IMG/VR virus record: IMGVR_UViG_3300030106_001398
Span: 1-29,199 of that record
Strand: one strand, 5' to 3'
Length of the DNA: 29,199 nucleotides
Origin: a virus
Lineage: Duplodnaviria > Caudoviricetes
Shown here: positions 8,117 through 18,123 of the stretch, piece after piece
Layout of the letters: each line of letters begins with the position of its first letter
Position numbering within the stretch: position 1 is the first letter of the stretch
Notes under the pieces: model-generated
Databases searched by the model: none
Told to the model about the DNA's origin: nothing
What the model saw: the letters and a program-made list of their open reading frames with translations, nothing else
Translations under genes and position numbers: made by a program

Positions 8117-8896
8117 ATGGCTAGAAAGTCAAAGGGGGTGGTAAAACGTGCAATTGTCACCCCCGACAAACATTTTCCTTTGGCTGATATGTCAGCAATT
8201 AGCTGCTTAAAACAGGCAATTGAAATAGTCAAACCAGATATATATATAGATTTAGGAGATGTTGGAGAATGGCACGGAGCATCTCATTGGCAGTGGAAAA
8301 GAAAAAAACGTCCTCCACTAGAGTATCAATTACCTTTTATTGACCAAGATATAGCAGAGGTAAATGCAGGGATGGACTGGATAGATGAATCGTTAGACAA
8401 AGTAAATTGTAAAACGAAACACATGATAGAAGGTAATCATGATGATTGGATGAACAAGTTTGTAGATGAGCATCCATTTTTAAAAGGATATAGGTTTAAA
8501 GAATGCGTAAAATTAAAAGAAAGAGGCTACAAGTATCATCCTGCGGGCAAGTATCTCAAGATTGGGAAACTACATTTTTACCATGGCCATCATTTCGCGG
8601 GAACTCATCATACACGAAATCATCTAATGCGGTTAGGTGCAAATGTAATGTACGGACATCACCACGATTTACAGCAAGCGTCAGTAACGCACATGGATGG
8701 GGTGAAGTCAGCATGGAGTATTGGATGCCTCAAAGACATGAGCGAAGAGCAAAATGAGTGGCTGGGTGGTAGAAGAATTAATTGGTCTCATGCTTTTGCT
8801 ATTGTTGATTTTTTTGCAAAAGGTCATTTCACAGTCCACGTTATACAAATCATTGATGGCGAAACGTCATTGTGGGGAGAGTTAATTAAAGGATGA
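8117..8896 (+). CDS. Calcineurin-like metallophosphoesterase
   Basis: All five motifs occur in order: PDKH, DLGD, EGNHD, YHGH, YGHHH. Confidence 0.9.
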   Translation: MARKSKGVVKRAIVTPDKHFPLADMSAISCLKQAIEIVKPDIYIDLGDVGEWHGASHWQWKRKKRPPLEYQLPFIDQDIAEVNAGMDWIDESLDKVNCKTKHMIEGNHDDWMNKFVDEHPFLKGYRFKECVKLKERGYKYHPAGKYLKIGKLHFYHGHHFAGTHHTRNHLMRLGANVMYGHHHDLQQASVTHMDGVKSAWSIGCLKDMSEEQNEWLGGRRINWSHAFAIVDFFAKGHFTVHVIQIIDGETSLWGELIKG

Positions 8897-8982
8897 GTAG
8901 TTGGTTAATAGGATTTTGTTTCTTTATTATTTTTGCTATTTATGTAGCAAGTATAATAAGTGAAATTAAAAGGAAGAAGTAA
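8893..8982 (+). CDS. 29-aa single-pass membrane peptide (not in the ORF track)
   Basis: ATGA overlap. MSSWLIGFCFFIIFAIYVASIISEIKRKK fills the intergenic gap exactly. Confidence 0.55.
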   Translation: MSSWLIGFCFFIIFAIYVASIISEIKRKK

Positions 8983-8984
8983 TA

Positions 8985-9290
8985 ATGGAGATGTTTGATT
9001 TACTTGAACGCTTTGGGTTGCCAGTCATGATGGTCATTGCTCTTGGATATTATGCAAAATCTCAAACAACTTGGATTCAGGATGAATTGCAAAAAGAGCT
9101 AAGAGAATCCTTTGAAAGGCTCGAAGGGATAACCATAAAGCTTATAGACGCTCAAAAACAGTCTTTAATGGAAACAAAAGAGATTAAGGCTAGTTACCAT
9201 GCTATCGTAGAAATACTTGCTAGTTTAAGCGGAAATGGACTTAAAGAGAAATTTGTAACAAAAAAGAGAAGAAACAATAATGAATGGTAA
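8985..9290 (+). CDS. Single-TM plus coiled-coil protein, holin-like
   Basis: 101 aa with an N-terminal hydrophobic segment (FGLPVMMVIALGYY), a coiled coil and a basic C-terminus. Confidence 0.6.
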   Translation: MEMFDLLERFGLPVMMVIALGYYAKSQTTWIQDELQKELRESFERLEGITIKLIDAQKQSLMETKEIKASYHAIVEILASLSGNGLKEKFVTKKRRNNNEW

Positions 9291-9408
9291 AGGTGACAAG
9301 CAAAGAGTTAGATGGTCAAAAGATTTTGCCAAAAGATTTAATTTAATATTTAACAACAAGGAGAAAAAGACTCATGGTAGACATGATAATAACTTACCTA
9401 AAAAGTAA
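9280..9408 (+). CDS. 42-aa basic peptide (not in the ORF track)
   Basis: MNGKGDKQRVRWSKDFAKRFNLIFNNKEKKTHGRHDNNLPKK. The GKG.K.R...F..IF pattern resembles tiny marine phage proteins (from recall). It bridges the gap between its neighbours. Confidence 0.5.
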   Translation: MNGKGDKQRVRWSKDFAKRFNLIFNNKEKKTHGRHDNNLPKK

Positions 9409-9547
9409 TAAAGAAGAAATTGTAGATGGAATTAACAAGAAAGTAAACATTCCTCTAGTCTCAGAAGCTAAAGAAGAAGATATATTTGATTCTTTATTTG
9501 ATGCTGTAATGGAAGTTTTAGAAGCAGTTTTAAGTAAAAAGAAGTAA
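9374..9547 (+). CDS. 57-aa helical hypothetical protein (not in the ORF track)
   Basis: AAGGAG RBS. MVDMIITYLKSNKEEIVDGINKKVNIPLVSEAKEEDIFDSLFDAVMEVLEAVLSKKK. Its stop abuts the next ATG. Confidence 0.7.
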   Translation: MVDMIITYLKSNKEEIVDGINKKVNIPLVSEAKEEDIFDSLFDAVMEVLEAVLSKKK

Positions 9548-12500
9548 ATGCCCAAAAAAGCCTACAAAATAGAAGCGTTCGAGGGTGGGATAAATCAAAA
9601 AGCCGACCCTCGTGATATTAAAGACAATCAGTTAGAAGAAGCATTTAATGTAGATGTATCAAATCCTGGTCGTATAACAATGACAGGAGATGGATTATCG
9701 GGTTATGTTAATGTAAATGCCAAAAATCAACAAGTTTCTCCCACAGAAGATTCAAGTTCTTTATTAACAAATGGTTCAAATCTAACAAATGGATATGGGT
9801 TATTTACTTTTTCACATGACTACAATATGGCTGATACTCCTAGTGAGGTAGCTTCAGATTTTATATGTATTAATGATGGAGCAAATATTCATATATGGGA
9901 TTCGTGCAATGATTCTGTAGCTGGAACAGACTCTTGGCTTCTTTCTAAGATTACTTTAGGTCAATCTCATTTTAATGGTAATGGCGATGAATGGATAGAA
10001 AAAGTAAAACCTATTTATTACAAATCTGATAATGGATTAAGAGTATGTGATGGTCAATTTTGTTCTAAAAATACAGGAGCTTTAACTAATGATGCTTCAT
10101 TTCTTTCTAGTCACACCTCATTTACTTCTGATACTATTACATTATTAGCAGGTCAATACATTAAGATTAATAATGAAATTATGCAAGTGGTTAGCAGCGT
10201 AACAAATGGAACAAGTGTATCTGTTAAACGCGCTCAATTTGGGACTACAGCATCTTCTCACAATGATAATTCAGCAATACATACTATTAATGTACCTAAA
10301 GTATTGTCGCACATTAAAAGACCAATGTTAGAAAAAGCTCGTATTTATTCTAGCTCAACAGATTATACGTATGGAGCTTCTGAAAATATTAATACATGGA
10401 AAGAGTCAGTGCAATCATTAGAACCTCCTAATAATTATGGAACATATGGGTTATCTGTTTACGATGGGCAAGTTAGTGCTAATGCTGTTAATGGAATAAC
10501 AGGAATAGATATAGACCAATTACTTTTAGAGCCAAATCAAAAAGAAAAAGTACATTATTCTATATGGGAAAGCCACAGTGAAGACGATAAAGTTTATAAT
10601 ATTGCTGCAGTTACAGATGCATCAGTTATAAATACTAATAAATGCGTTACTTTTACAGCTACAAATTCAATTAATTTTGCAGAGCAAGGGTTTACTGTTG
10701 GAAAAATTATTATTATTTCTGGCTCTGTTAACTACGATGGAATAGCTGAGATTGTTGCACTGGGAGATGCTTCAAATAAAATTACTGTTGCTATGGAGTT
10801 TGCAGATGATGCTGGTGACGTAGACTTTGAAATACGATTAGAAGAAAATAGAATTGATGAAAATTTGCAGAATAAATATATATTTGGAATGTCATTTATA
10901 TATGATGGAGGTGGAAGTGAGATGCAAGAATCTCCTGTAAAAGCTGGATATGTTTATTCTGGATTAATATCTCATGACGAATCGATAGTAAAAGCAGGAG
11001 GGAATTTAACTACATCAGGGTGGCTTGTAAGTGATGATTTGCAAACTATAAATACCGCATTACCTTCAACAGATGGAAACCATTGGAGAACTTATGATAA
11101 TTATATATGGTTTAATGACAGCTCTATTGATGCAAATAAATATTTAGTTTATCGTATGAGTGAAGACCAATCTGCAGGTAATTATAAAATTTCAATTGAC
11201 GTTACAATGAGCAATGGAGCATCACTTATAATACATCCTCCATTTTTTAATAAAACTGGCACAGATGCTTCTGGAGGAACAATTGGGGATGGAACAATCG
11301 ATGGAACTTCAGTTACTATTGATAAGTCTGGAACATATTTTTTCCATGCTAAAGGTTGCGATGCTAATGACCCTTCATTTAAAGATATTTTTATAGCGGA
11401 AGGAGTTAATAGTGCAAGTTCTGACCATGATATTAGGATTCATTCAGTTCAAGTGTTTAAAGAAACTCCAGTAGAGATGGATGCGAATAATGCTATAGAT
11501 ATGAGAGGTTGGGAAGGTATTCCTAAAACATTTTCATCATTTAATCTTAGTAAAAATGATACTTATAATTGGGATGAAAGAATTAAAGGTTATCGAATAT
11601 ATATGAAGCAAGTAGATTCTGCGACAACAACATTGTCAGATGAATGGTTGCTTCTTAAACATGTAGATTTAAGCGAAGGAACATATATAAATTATGGAAA
11701 TGATGATGTTGAAAAAGAATTAAGCGCAGGAAATTCATACGATAGAAGTACTTCTGGAGATTCTTTTTCTAAATCATTAGTAACCACATCAAAAGTTGCT
11801 GGAGATACTCAAGGTGCTGTAGAAGGGGATGTACTTAGAAATATACCTCTTAACACATATGAATCAGAAAATGGATATAAAGCAGATACCAATACAGCTG
11901 CCATGTATAAAACAGCAACAATAGTAGATAGAAAAGTTTTTATAGGTAATTTAAAAATAGGAGAAAAAACATATCCTGATAGAATGATTGAAGCTCCTGT
12001 AGATAGATTTGACACATTCCCAGACGATGGATTGCATTATATAGATATTGCTGTAGGTGATGGCGATGAAATTGTTAAGCTAGAGTCAGTAGGGAATAAG
12101 CTTATACAATTTAAAAAGAAACATGCATATTTAATAGAAGTGTCTTCAGAAGGTGTTGACGTATTAGAAACATGGGCGCATAAAGGTATAAAGTCTGCAG
12201 CGCAATGTATTCTTGCTGGCAATGGAATTGTATGGGTTAATGACAGTGGATTATATTATTACGATGGTAAAGATTTAAAAATAATTACTAGTGATTCATT
12301 CCAATCTAATACATGGATTATTAATGAAGATGCAGCTAAACCTCCTATACTTGGATATGATGAGTCTTCTAATAAAGTAATAATACTAACTAGTAATGTT
12401 ACAAAGAAAAATAGTGGTGGATATATTTATGATATACAAAATGCATCGTTAACTGAATGTCAAAATTTATTTAATACATATCCTATTACTTTAGAAAATG

Positions 12501-13411
12501 CAATGATGGATGCAAATGGTGACGGAAATTATGATATATTAGATATTATTTATATGCACAATCAGGGTTCAGATACTATATTGCAAGAATATGGAGGTTT
12601 AATATTACCTGGTTATATTGATGGAGGAAATATTCCTATTGTTCCTGATGAAATATATAGAAGCAATATGATAACTACAAAAGATAGACAGCTTTTAATA
12701 GCAACAAACACATCTACTGCGCCTTTAGATGTGGGATTTACAGCATGGACTAATAATGAAAGGCCATTATATAATTTTAATTCAGCCGCAGATAGTTTTC
12801 TTGTACAAACTAAAGACATTGATTTTGGTAATATAGCAAGAAGAAAAAAAATATATAGTATTTATGTCTCATTTAAAGCACAAGCATTCATGTCGGGTGT
12901 TATAGTTAAATATGCAACAAATGGCTCTAATACTTTTAACGGGATATTTAAAGATACTACATATTATAGTAATACTAAAGGTTTTGATGCATATAACGCG
13001 GGAACTTCTAGTAATGAATGGATAACAGTGCAATTAAAGCCAGAAAATTCTATTAATAATATTAATTCATTTCAGTTGCAATTTAGTTTTGCAAATGCTG
13101 GGCATGTTAGCAGTTTATCTTTAGCAAGTGCTAAGACAGATACGACAGTTAGGTTAGCATCAACAGCCTCTGGGAATAATGATGAGTATAATGGCATGCC
13201 TATATATTTTTATCATGGCTCGGGGCATGATTATTATGGCAAAATAACTGACTATGTAGTAGATACTGTTGCTGGAACAAAAACTGCCACAATATCTCCA
13301 GCTCTTAGTCAAGGAGTAGATACTACTACAACTTATGATATTGGCTTTATTCCAAAACAATTTGCAATTAATGACATTGCTATTGTATATAGAGAAAAGT
13401 CTATTAGATAA
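9548..13411 (+). CDS. Putative tail nozzle / tail tubular protein B (stabilisation protein)-like beta-propeller protein with large insertions
   Basis: 1287 aa. Has the N-terminal FEGGIN..DPRDI....AFNVD motif, propeller-like blades (GDGDEIVKLESVGNKLIQFK; GIVWVNDSGLYYYDG), QTKDIDFG...RKKIYSIYV, and the C-terminal FAINDIAIVYREK. Confidence 0.7.
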   Translation: MPKKAYKIEAFEGGINQKADPRDIKDNQLEEAFNVDVSNPGRITMTGDGLSGYVNVNAKNQQVSPTEDSSSLLTNGSNLTNGYGLFTFSHDYNMADTPSEVASDFICINDGANIHIWDSCNDSVAGTDSWLLSKITLGQSHFNGNGDEWIEKVKPIYYKSDNGLRVCDGQFCSKNTGALTNDASFLSSHTSFTSDTITLLAGQYIKINNEIMQVVSSVTNGTSVSVKRAQFGTTASSHNDNSAIHTINVPKVLSHIKRPMLEKARIYSSSTDYTYGASENINTWKESVQSLEPPNNYGTYGLSVYDGQVSANAVNGITGIDIDQLLLEPNQKEKVHYSIWESHSEDDKVYNIAAVTDASVINTNKCVTFTATNSINFAEQGFTVGKIIIISGSVNYDGIAEIVALGDASNKITVAMEFADDAGDVDFEIRLEENRIDENLQNKYIFGMSFIYDGGGSEMQESPVKAGYVYSGLISHDESIVKAGGNLTTSGWLVSDDLQTINTALPSTDGNHWRTYDNYIWFNDSSIDANKYLVYRMSEDQSAGNYKISIDVTMSNGASLIIHPPFFNKTGTDASGGTIGDGTIDGTSVTIDKSGTYFFHAKGCDANDPSFKDIFIAEGVNSASSDHDIRIHSVQVFKETPVEMDANNAIDMRGWEGIPKTFSSFNLSKNDTYNWDERIKGYRIYMKQVDSATTTLSDEWLLLKHVDLSEGTYINYGNDDVEKELSAGNSYDRSTSGDSFSKSLVTTSKVAGDTQGAVEGDVLRNIPLNTYESENGYKADTNTAAMYKTATIVDRKVFIGNLKIGEKTYPDRMIEAPVDRFDTFPDDGLHYIDIAVGDGDEIVKLESVGNKLIQFKKKHAYLIEVSSEGVDVLETWAHKGIKSAAQCILAGNGIVWVNDSGLYYYDGKDLKIITSDSFQSNTWIINEDAAKPPILGYDESSNKVIILTSNVTKKNSGGYIYDIQNASLTECQNLFNTYPITLENAMMDANGDGNYDILDIIYMHNQGSDTILQEYGGLILPGYIDGGNIPIVPDEIYRSNMITTKDRQLLIATNTSTAPLDVGFTAWTNNERPLYNFNSAADSFLVQTKDIDFGNIARRKKIYSIYVSFKAQAFMSGVIVKYATNGSNTFNGIFKDTTYYSNTKGFDAYNAGTSSNEWITVQLKPENSINNINSFQLQFSFANAGHVSSLSLASAKTDTTVRLASTASGNNDEYNGMPIYFYHGSGHDYYGKITDYVVDTVAGTKTATISPALSQGVDTTTTYDIGFIPKQFAINDIAIVYREKSIR

Positions 13412-16400
13412 TGTCTAAACGCCCATCAAGAGGAGTAACAAGTGGCGTGGGAACTCCTACCAAAATGACTGGTAGGGATGGCGACTTAACAATCAGAAAA
13501 ACTAGAGAAGGTAAAATTTTATATGTTAAAGAGCATGGCTCTTGGCATCCTATCAATACAGGCGTAGACACAGTTAAATTACAAAAAGATGTAGATAGGC
13601 TTAAACGTTCTGTAAACAGCATTAGAAACAACAATAATCCATTTTTAACTATAGACACTCTTAATGTTAGAAGAGATAAAATTAAGCTTGGTACAGATGG
13701 TACAGGGTTAACTCTTAAAAATAATAGTGGTACGCTTAATATTAGAAATGCTGCTGATTCTTCAGATGTACAATTAGGAGTAGGATATGGAGGGACAGGT
13801 TCTGCTACAGCAGATGGAGCATTAAGTAATTTAGGTGGTACAACAACAGGTATAAATGTATTTAAAGCTGCATCACAATCAGCTGCACGTTCTGCTATTA
13901 GCGTAGATGCTGCTGGTACAGACAATTCTACTCCTGTTACAATAGCATCAGGAAAAGATTATATAAGTTTATCAGGGCAAGAATTAACTCTTGGCAATGT
14001 AGATTTAACAAGTGATGTTACAGGAACATTGCCTGTAGGCAATACAGAGGCTAAATGCACAGATGCTACTGCTAATAATACAGCAACTGCACTTAAAGCT
14101 TTAGTAGGAGAATCACCTGTTGCTATAGATATAGCAAATGATAGTATTATATTTGGAGATGCCGATGGAGTAAGTGCAGGTCAACCTGAAAGAACTGTAT
14201 TTAAATCTATTAGTACGGCTATGGCAGGAGATGGAATAGCAGCAGATGGCACAACAGGAGTTTTGTCTGTTGGAGTAGATGATTCAACAATAGAAATTAA
14301 TAGTGATGCACTTAGGCTAAAAGCTGGTGGTATTGACACAACTCATCTTACAGCTGCAACTTTAGTTGTTGAATCAGAAGGTATTGGTAGTAATGATAAT
14401 GATACTACAATACCTACATCAGCAGCTGTAAAAGACTATGTAGATAATAATGCAGGCGGCACGTTTAGTGGTAGCATTACTACAAATCAAATAGCTCATG
14501 GTTCTGGAACTAATGCTTTACAAGGAACTGATAATTTTTCATTTACAAATGGTCTTTTATCAATGGAAACTTCAGATGCCTCATCCCAAAAACCTCGTTT
14601 AACATTTTTAAATTCTAATGCAAATAATGAATCTGGTACAATATATTTTAATAACACCTCTGCATCTCCTGCTATGAATGATAAATTAATGCAAATATAT
14701 ATTACTGGAAAAAATAATGCAGGAACTCCAGAAGATATTACATATGCAACTATTAAAGCAAATATTTTAAGTTTTGCAGATGGTAGTGAAGCAAGTTATA
14801 TGGATTTTAAAACTATGGCAAGCGGCAGTGAAAGAACTTTATTAAGTTTATATGGTGACGCTATGCTTGTACAAGGTACTGATGGAAATACAGCATTTAA
14901 AATAAAAAGTTCTGCAGATGCAGGTGACTTTTTTGGGGTTACTGTTGATACTCATGGAGCTACAACTATAGCAACTGAGGATGATAATGCTACAGCTGCT
15001 AATCTTACATTAGATATAGATGGAGATATAGAACTTAATGCAGATGGTGGAGATATAACATTTAAAGATGATTCTGCTTCATTAGCTACAATAAATAGCA
15101 GTGGCTTAACTATTAATAACATATCAAGTGGTGATGGTTCTGGAGAAAACTTTTTAGTTGAAGAAAGTGGAGTTGTTAAAAAGCGTTCAGCTGCTCAAAC
15201 ATTAAATGATATAGGAGCAATGCCAGATTCTGGAAATATTACTATAGCAGGAACATTATCTATAACTGATACTAGCAGTCCTCCTTTAAAGGTAGCTTAT
15301 GATGCAAATCATTTTGCTACATTTGATATGGATACTAATGGAGTATTAGAAATTGAATGCACAGATGGTGGTTCAGCAGAGTCTAAATTGCAATTAAAAA
15401 ATGGTGGTACTACTGGTGACCAATATTTAGTGTGGGGCAATAGTAGTGAAACAGCAAGAATTACATCTAATGGAGCTCAAAATTTAGTTCTAAATACAAA
15501 TGAAGGAACAGATTCAGGATATATAGAATTACAAGATGCTACTAATGGAGATATAAGTATTATTCCTAACGGAACAGGAACTGTAATATTAGGTGTTAGT
15601 ACTGGTAGTGTTCAATTTGCTACTAATACATTTTTAGATGCTAATGGAAATGCACTATTTGGTACAGCTGTTGCTTCAAGTGCTGTTAATAATATAGAAT
15701 TAGGAAATGCAGCTACGGGTAACGCTGCTACATTAAAAGCTACAGGAACAGATACTAACGTACCGCTTACAATAACTACTAAAGGAACAGGTGCAGTAAC
15801 AGTTGATTCTGGCTCAAGTATTGAACTTAACGCTGATGGTGGTACAGTAAATATAAAAGATGACTCAGCAAGCATGGCATCAATTTCTCAAGGTAGAATA
15901 GAACTATATCCTACTGATGCTAACGATAAATTAAGAATTAACACAAGCACTAATGGTGTTACAGTCATTTCTACTAATGACAACTCTGGTGGGAATAATG
16001 CTGATTTAACTTTAGATGCTGCTGGAGATATTGTTTTAGATTCAGCAAATGGTAATTTTTTAGCAAAAAATAATGGAACAGAATTTAGTGTAGCTAATAG
16101 TGCTTATGCTGGAATGATAATTGGTTATCAAATGATTGGAGAACAAGCGGGACATACGACAGAAGTTTTAACAACTAGTTTTGCAGTAACGGATGCAAAT
16201 CATCGAGTTAAATTTGTTGCTCCTCCATCAGGAAAAGTAGAAATAGAAGTACAAATCTACAGGAATTCTATAAGTTCAAATAAATTATTATATTTTGGAT
16301 TATCTGATAATGCAACATACAATTCAATTGGGAATACATATGAACAATTAATTAATTATGCAGATGAAACAGATGATATAGTATTAACACATAAATGGGT

Positions 16401-16569
16401 AGTAAGTGTAACTGCTGGTACTACTTATGAGTATTGGTTGGGAGCAAAAACAAGCTCAACTAATTTATATTTAAATTGGGGTGGTACTGCAGCTACTAGA
16501 TATCCTGACTTTATAATGAAAGCTACTGCACTTCCAGCTGCTACATCTGAATTTGCAGTATATGATTAA
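13411..16569 (+). CDS. Putative tail fibre / receptor-binding protein
   Basis: 1052 aa, rich in Gly/Thr/Ser/Asn/Asp. Contains fibre motifs (GTP....GRDGD...LYVK..GSW, YGGTGSATA..ALSNLG, IPTSAAVKDYVD), internal repeats and a distinct C-terminal beta domain. Confidence 0.75.
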   Translation: MSKRPSRGVTSGVGTPTKMTGRDGDLTIRKTREGKILYVKEHGSWHPINTGVDTVKLQKDVDRLKRSVNSIRNNNNPFLTIDTLNVRRDKIKLGTDGTGLTLKNNSGTLNIRNAADSSDVQLGVGYGGTGSATADGALSNLGGTTTGINVFKAASQSAARSAISVDAAGTDNSTPVTIASGKDYISLSGQELTLGNVDLTSDVTGTLPVGNTEAKCTDATANNTATALKALVGESPVAIDIANDSIIFGDADGVSAGQPERTVFKSISTAMAGDGIAADGTTGVLSVGVDDSTIEINSDALRLKAGGIDTTHLTAATLVVESEGIGSNDNDTTIPTSAAVKDYVDNNAGGTFSGSITTNQIAHGSGTNALQGTDNFSFTNGLLSMETSDASSQKPRLTFLNSNANNESGTIYFNNTSASPAMNDKLMQIYITGKNNAGTPEDITYATIKANILSFADGSEASYMDFKTMASGSERTLLSLYGDAMLVQGTDGNTAFKIKSSADAGDFFGVTVDTHGATTIATEDDNATAANLTLDIDGDIELNADGGDITFKDDSASLATINSSGLTINNISSGDGSGENFLVEESGVVKKRSAAQTLNDIGAMPDSGNITIAGTLSITDTSSPPLKVAYDANHFATFDMDTNGVLEIECTDGGSAESKLQLKNGGTTGDQYLVWGNSSETARITSNGAQNLVLNTNEGTDSGYIELQDATNGDISIIPNGTGTVILGVSTGSVQFATNTFLDANGNALFGTAVASSAVNNIELGNAATGNAATLKATGTDTNVPLTITTKGTGAVTVDSGSSIELNADGGTVNIKDDSASMASISQGRIELYPTDANDKLRINTSTNGVTVISTNDNSGGNNADLTLDAAGDIVLDSANGNFLAKNNGTEFSVANSAYAGMIIGYQMIGEQAGHTTEVLTTSFAVTDANHRVKFVAPPSGKVEIEVQIYRNSISSNKLLYFGLSDNATYNSIGNTYEQLINYADETDDIVLTHKWVVSVTAGTTYEYWLGAKTSSTNLYLNWGGTAATRYPDFIMKATALPAATSEFAVYD

Positions 16570-16651
16570 AAGTTTGATTTGACAGCAAATTTTAGACTAT
16601 GAATAAACAAAAAAAATACATAAATTACTAGTTAAGCTAGAGGAGAAATAC
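16570..16651 (+). promoter_or_regulatory. Only sizeable intergenic gap in the late module, with an RBS and a possible promoter
   Basis: TTGACA at 16579-16584, an A-tract, and GAGGAG 6 nt before the ATG at 16652. There is no consensus -10 at 17-bp spacing. Confidence 0.3.
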
Positions 16652-17398
16652 ATGACGATACAAGAATTGGCAAGATTAGCAAACGTAGGAGGAGATATAC
16701 GTCGTCAGCGTATGAATCAAGAGCGCAGAGCTGAAGCAGAAGAACTCCTAAGCAAACGTGCTGACCAAGCAAAAAAATTATCAAAGAAAAAAATGAAAGG
16801 TGGAAAACTTTTAGATGCATTAAAGTTTGGAGCTAGTTTTTTTGGTCCTACTGGCCAAGCTGTTAGTGCAGCTCTTAGTCTTGTTGATGCTTTTTCAACT
16901 GCAAAAGCTTTAGATAAATTTAAAGGGCAATTTGATACTGACATCCCAGACGAATTAAAAGGCACTCCATATGAAAATATATTAAAAAGTCAAATCGGTG
17001 GGCTTAAAGAACAGCTTGAAGGAGCGTTAACATCAAGAAAACAAGCTAACACACTGCAAGAATTATTGACAGCTGGATTAAAATTTGGCAATACTAAAGT
17101 ACCTCTACAAGAGACTACTGGATATGGCTTTTCTGTGCCATCAGGTTCTACTACATTTTTTGACAGATTCCTACCTAAAGACAAAGTGTCTGGTAAATTT
17201 TTAGAAAAAGCAATTCCTGGTTTAGGAACTGGTAGGATATTATCAACTAAAAATCTTGGCGATACTTCTTCTACAGTTTTAGATTTAGGATTACTTGGGA
17301 AATCATTTTTAGAAGAATTGTTAGCTAAAGACACTCCTGCTACATCTCCTGAAATTCCACTTGCATCAATCTCATCAACAAGAAGGAGGATTAGATAA
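16652..17398 (+). CDS. Putative internal virion (ejection) protein, small
   Basis: 248 aa with a Gly/Ala hydrophobic stretch (ALKFGASFFGPTGQAVSAALSLV) between charged helices. First of four genes after the fibre. Confidence 0.55.
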   Translation: MTIQELARLANVGGDIRRQRMNQERRAEAEELLSKRADQAKKLSKKKMKGGKLLDALKFGASFFGPTGQAVSAALSLVDAFSTAKALDKFKGQFDTDIPDELKGTPYENILKSQIGGLKEQLEGALTSRKQANTLQELLTAGLKFGNTKVPLQETTGYGFSVPSGSTTFFDRFLPKDKVSGKFLEKAIPGLGTGRILSTKNLGDTSSTVLDLGLLGKSFLEELLAKDTPATSPEIPLASISSTRRRIR

Positions 17399-18123
17399 TG
17401 GCTAGTTATTTAACGCCAAATTTTTTATTATCAGATATCAATCAATTATTAAGAGTTGATAGAGAAGGAGCTAAGAAAGGCGCAGGTACAGCCCTGACTA
17501 AAGACGAATTTCGTGAACAGTATCAGACAGGATATGTAAATCCGATGACTGGTAGAACGAGATATTATTTTAATTATGATTTTGGCGATGATTTTAATCA
17601 AAAATTTCATGGCAAAAATGTAAGAGGAGAAACTCAAGGGAGATTTGGAAGCACAACAGTTGGTGATGGTGAAGGATATAAATTTTACAGTCCAGACGAC
17701 GCTTATTCTGCTTATTTAGATAGTCTAGGCGGTGATTTTGGTACGCAAACAGCTAATATTTTTGACCCTCAATCGCTTGCAGAAGGAATATCAAGAGCAA
17801 AAGGAGATGAGCCGTCATCGCAAGCTAGTGTCGGGCTTACTGCATTTACTCCTGAAATGTTTAAAAAATTACGTACAGAATATTATCAGCCTGAAATTGA
17901 ACAAAAAAAAGGTTCTTTGATTGACAGACTAATTGAAAACCAAAAGATAGCTAAGTCTAGAGGAGCAGGAATAGCTGGCTATGGAGGTAGAGGCCGTGCC
18001 CAACAAGCTTTAAGCGAACAGTTTGAAACAAGAGTAAAAGATATTTTTTCTGACATTCAAACAAAAAAAGCCGCAGGCTTGCAAGATATATATGATGTTC
18101 TATCACAATACGAGGAAATTTAA
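17398..18123 (+). CDS. Putative internal virion protein
   Basis: 241 aa, TAATG-coupled. The SRGAGIAGYGGRGRAQQAL segment sits within helices, as in ejection/pilot-like proteins. Confidence 0.5.
   Translation: MASYLTPNFLLSDINQLLRVDREGAKKGAGTALTKDEFREQYQTGYVNPMTGRTRYYFNYDFGDDFNQKFHGKNVRGETQGRFGSTTVGDGEGYKFYSPDDAYSAYLDSLGGDFGTQTANIFDPQSLAEGISRAKGDEPSSQASVGLTAFTPEMFKKLRTEYYQPEIEQKKGSLIDRLIENQKIAKSRGAGIAGYGGRGRAQQALSEQFETRVKDIFSDIQTKKAAGLQDIYDVLSQYEEI

Noticed and set aside
16100-16569. Diversity-generating retroelement target at the fibre tip
   Set aside because: No reverse transcriptase and no near-identical template repeat differing at adenines was seen in the window.
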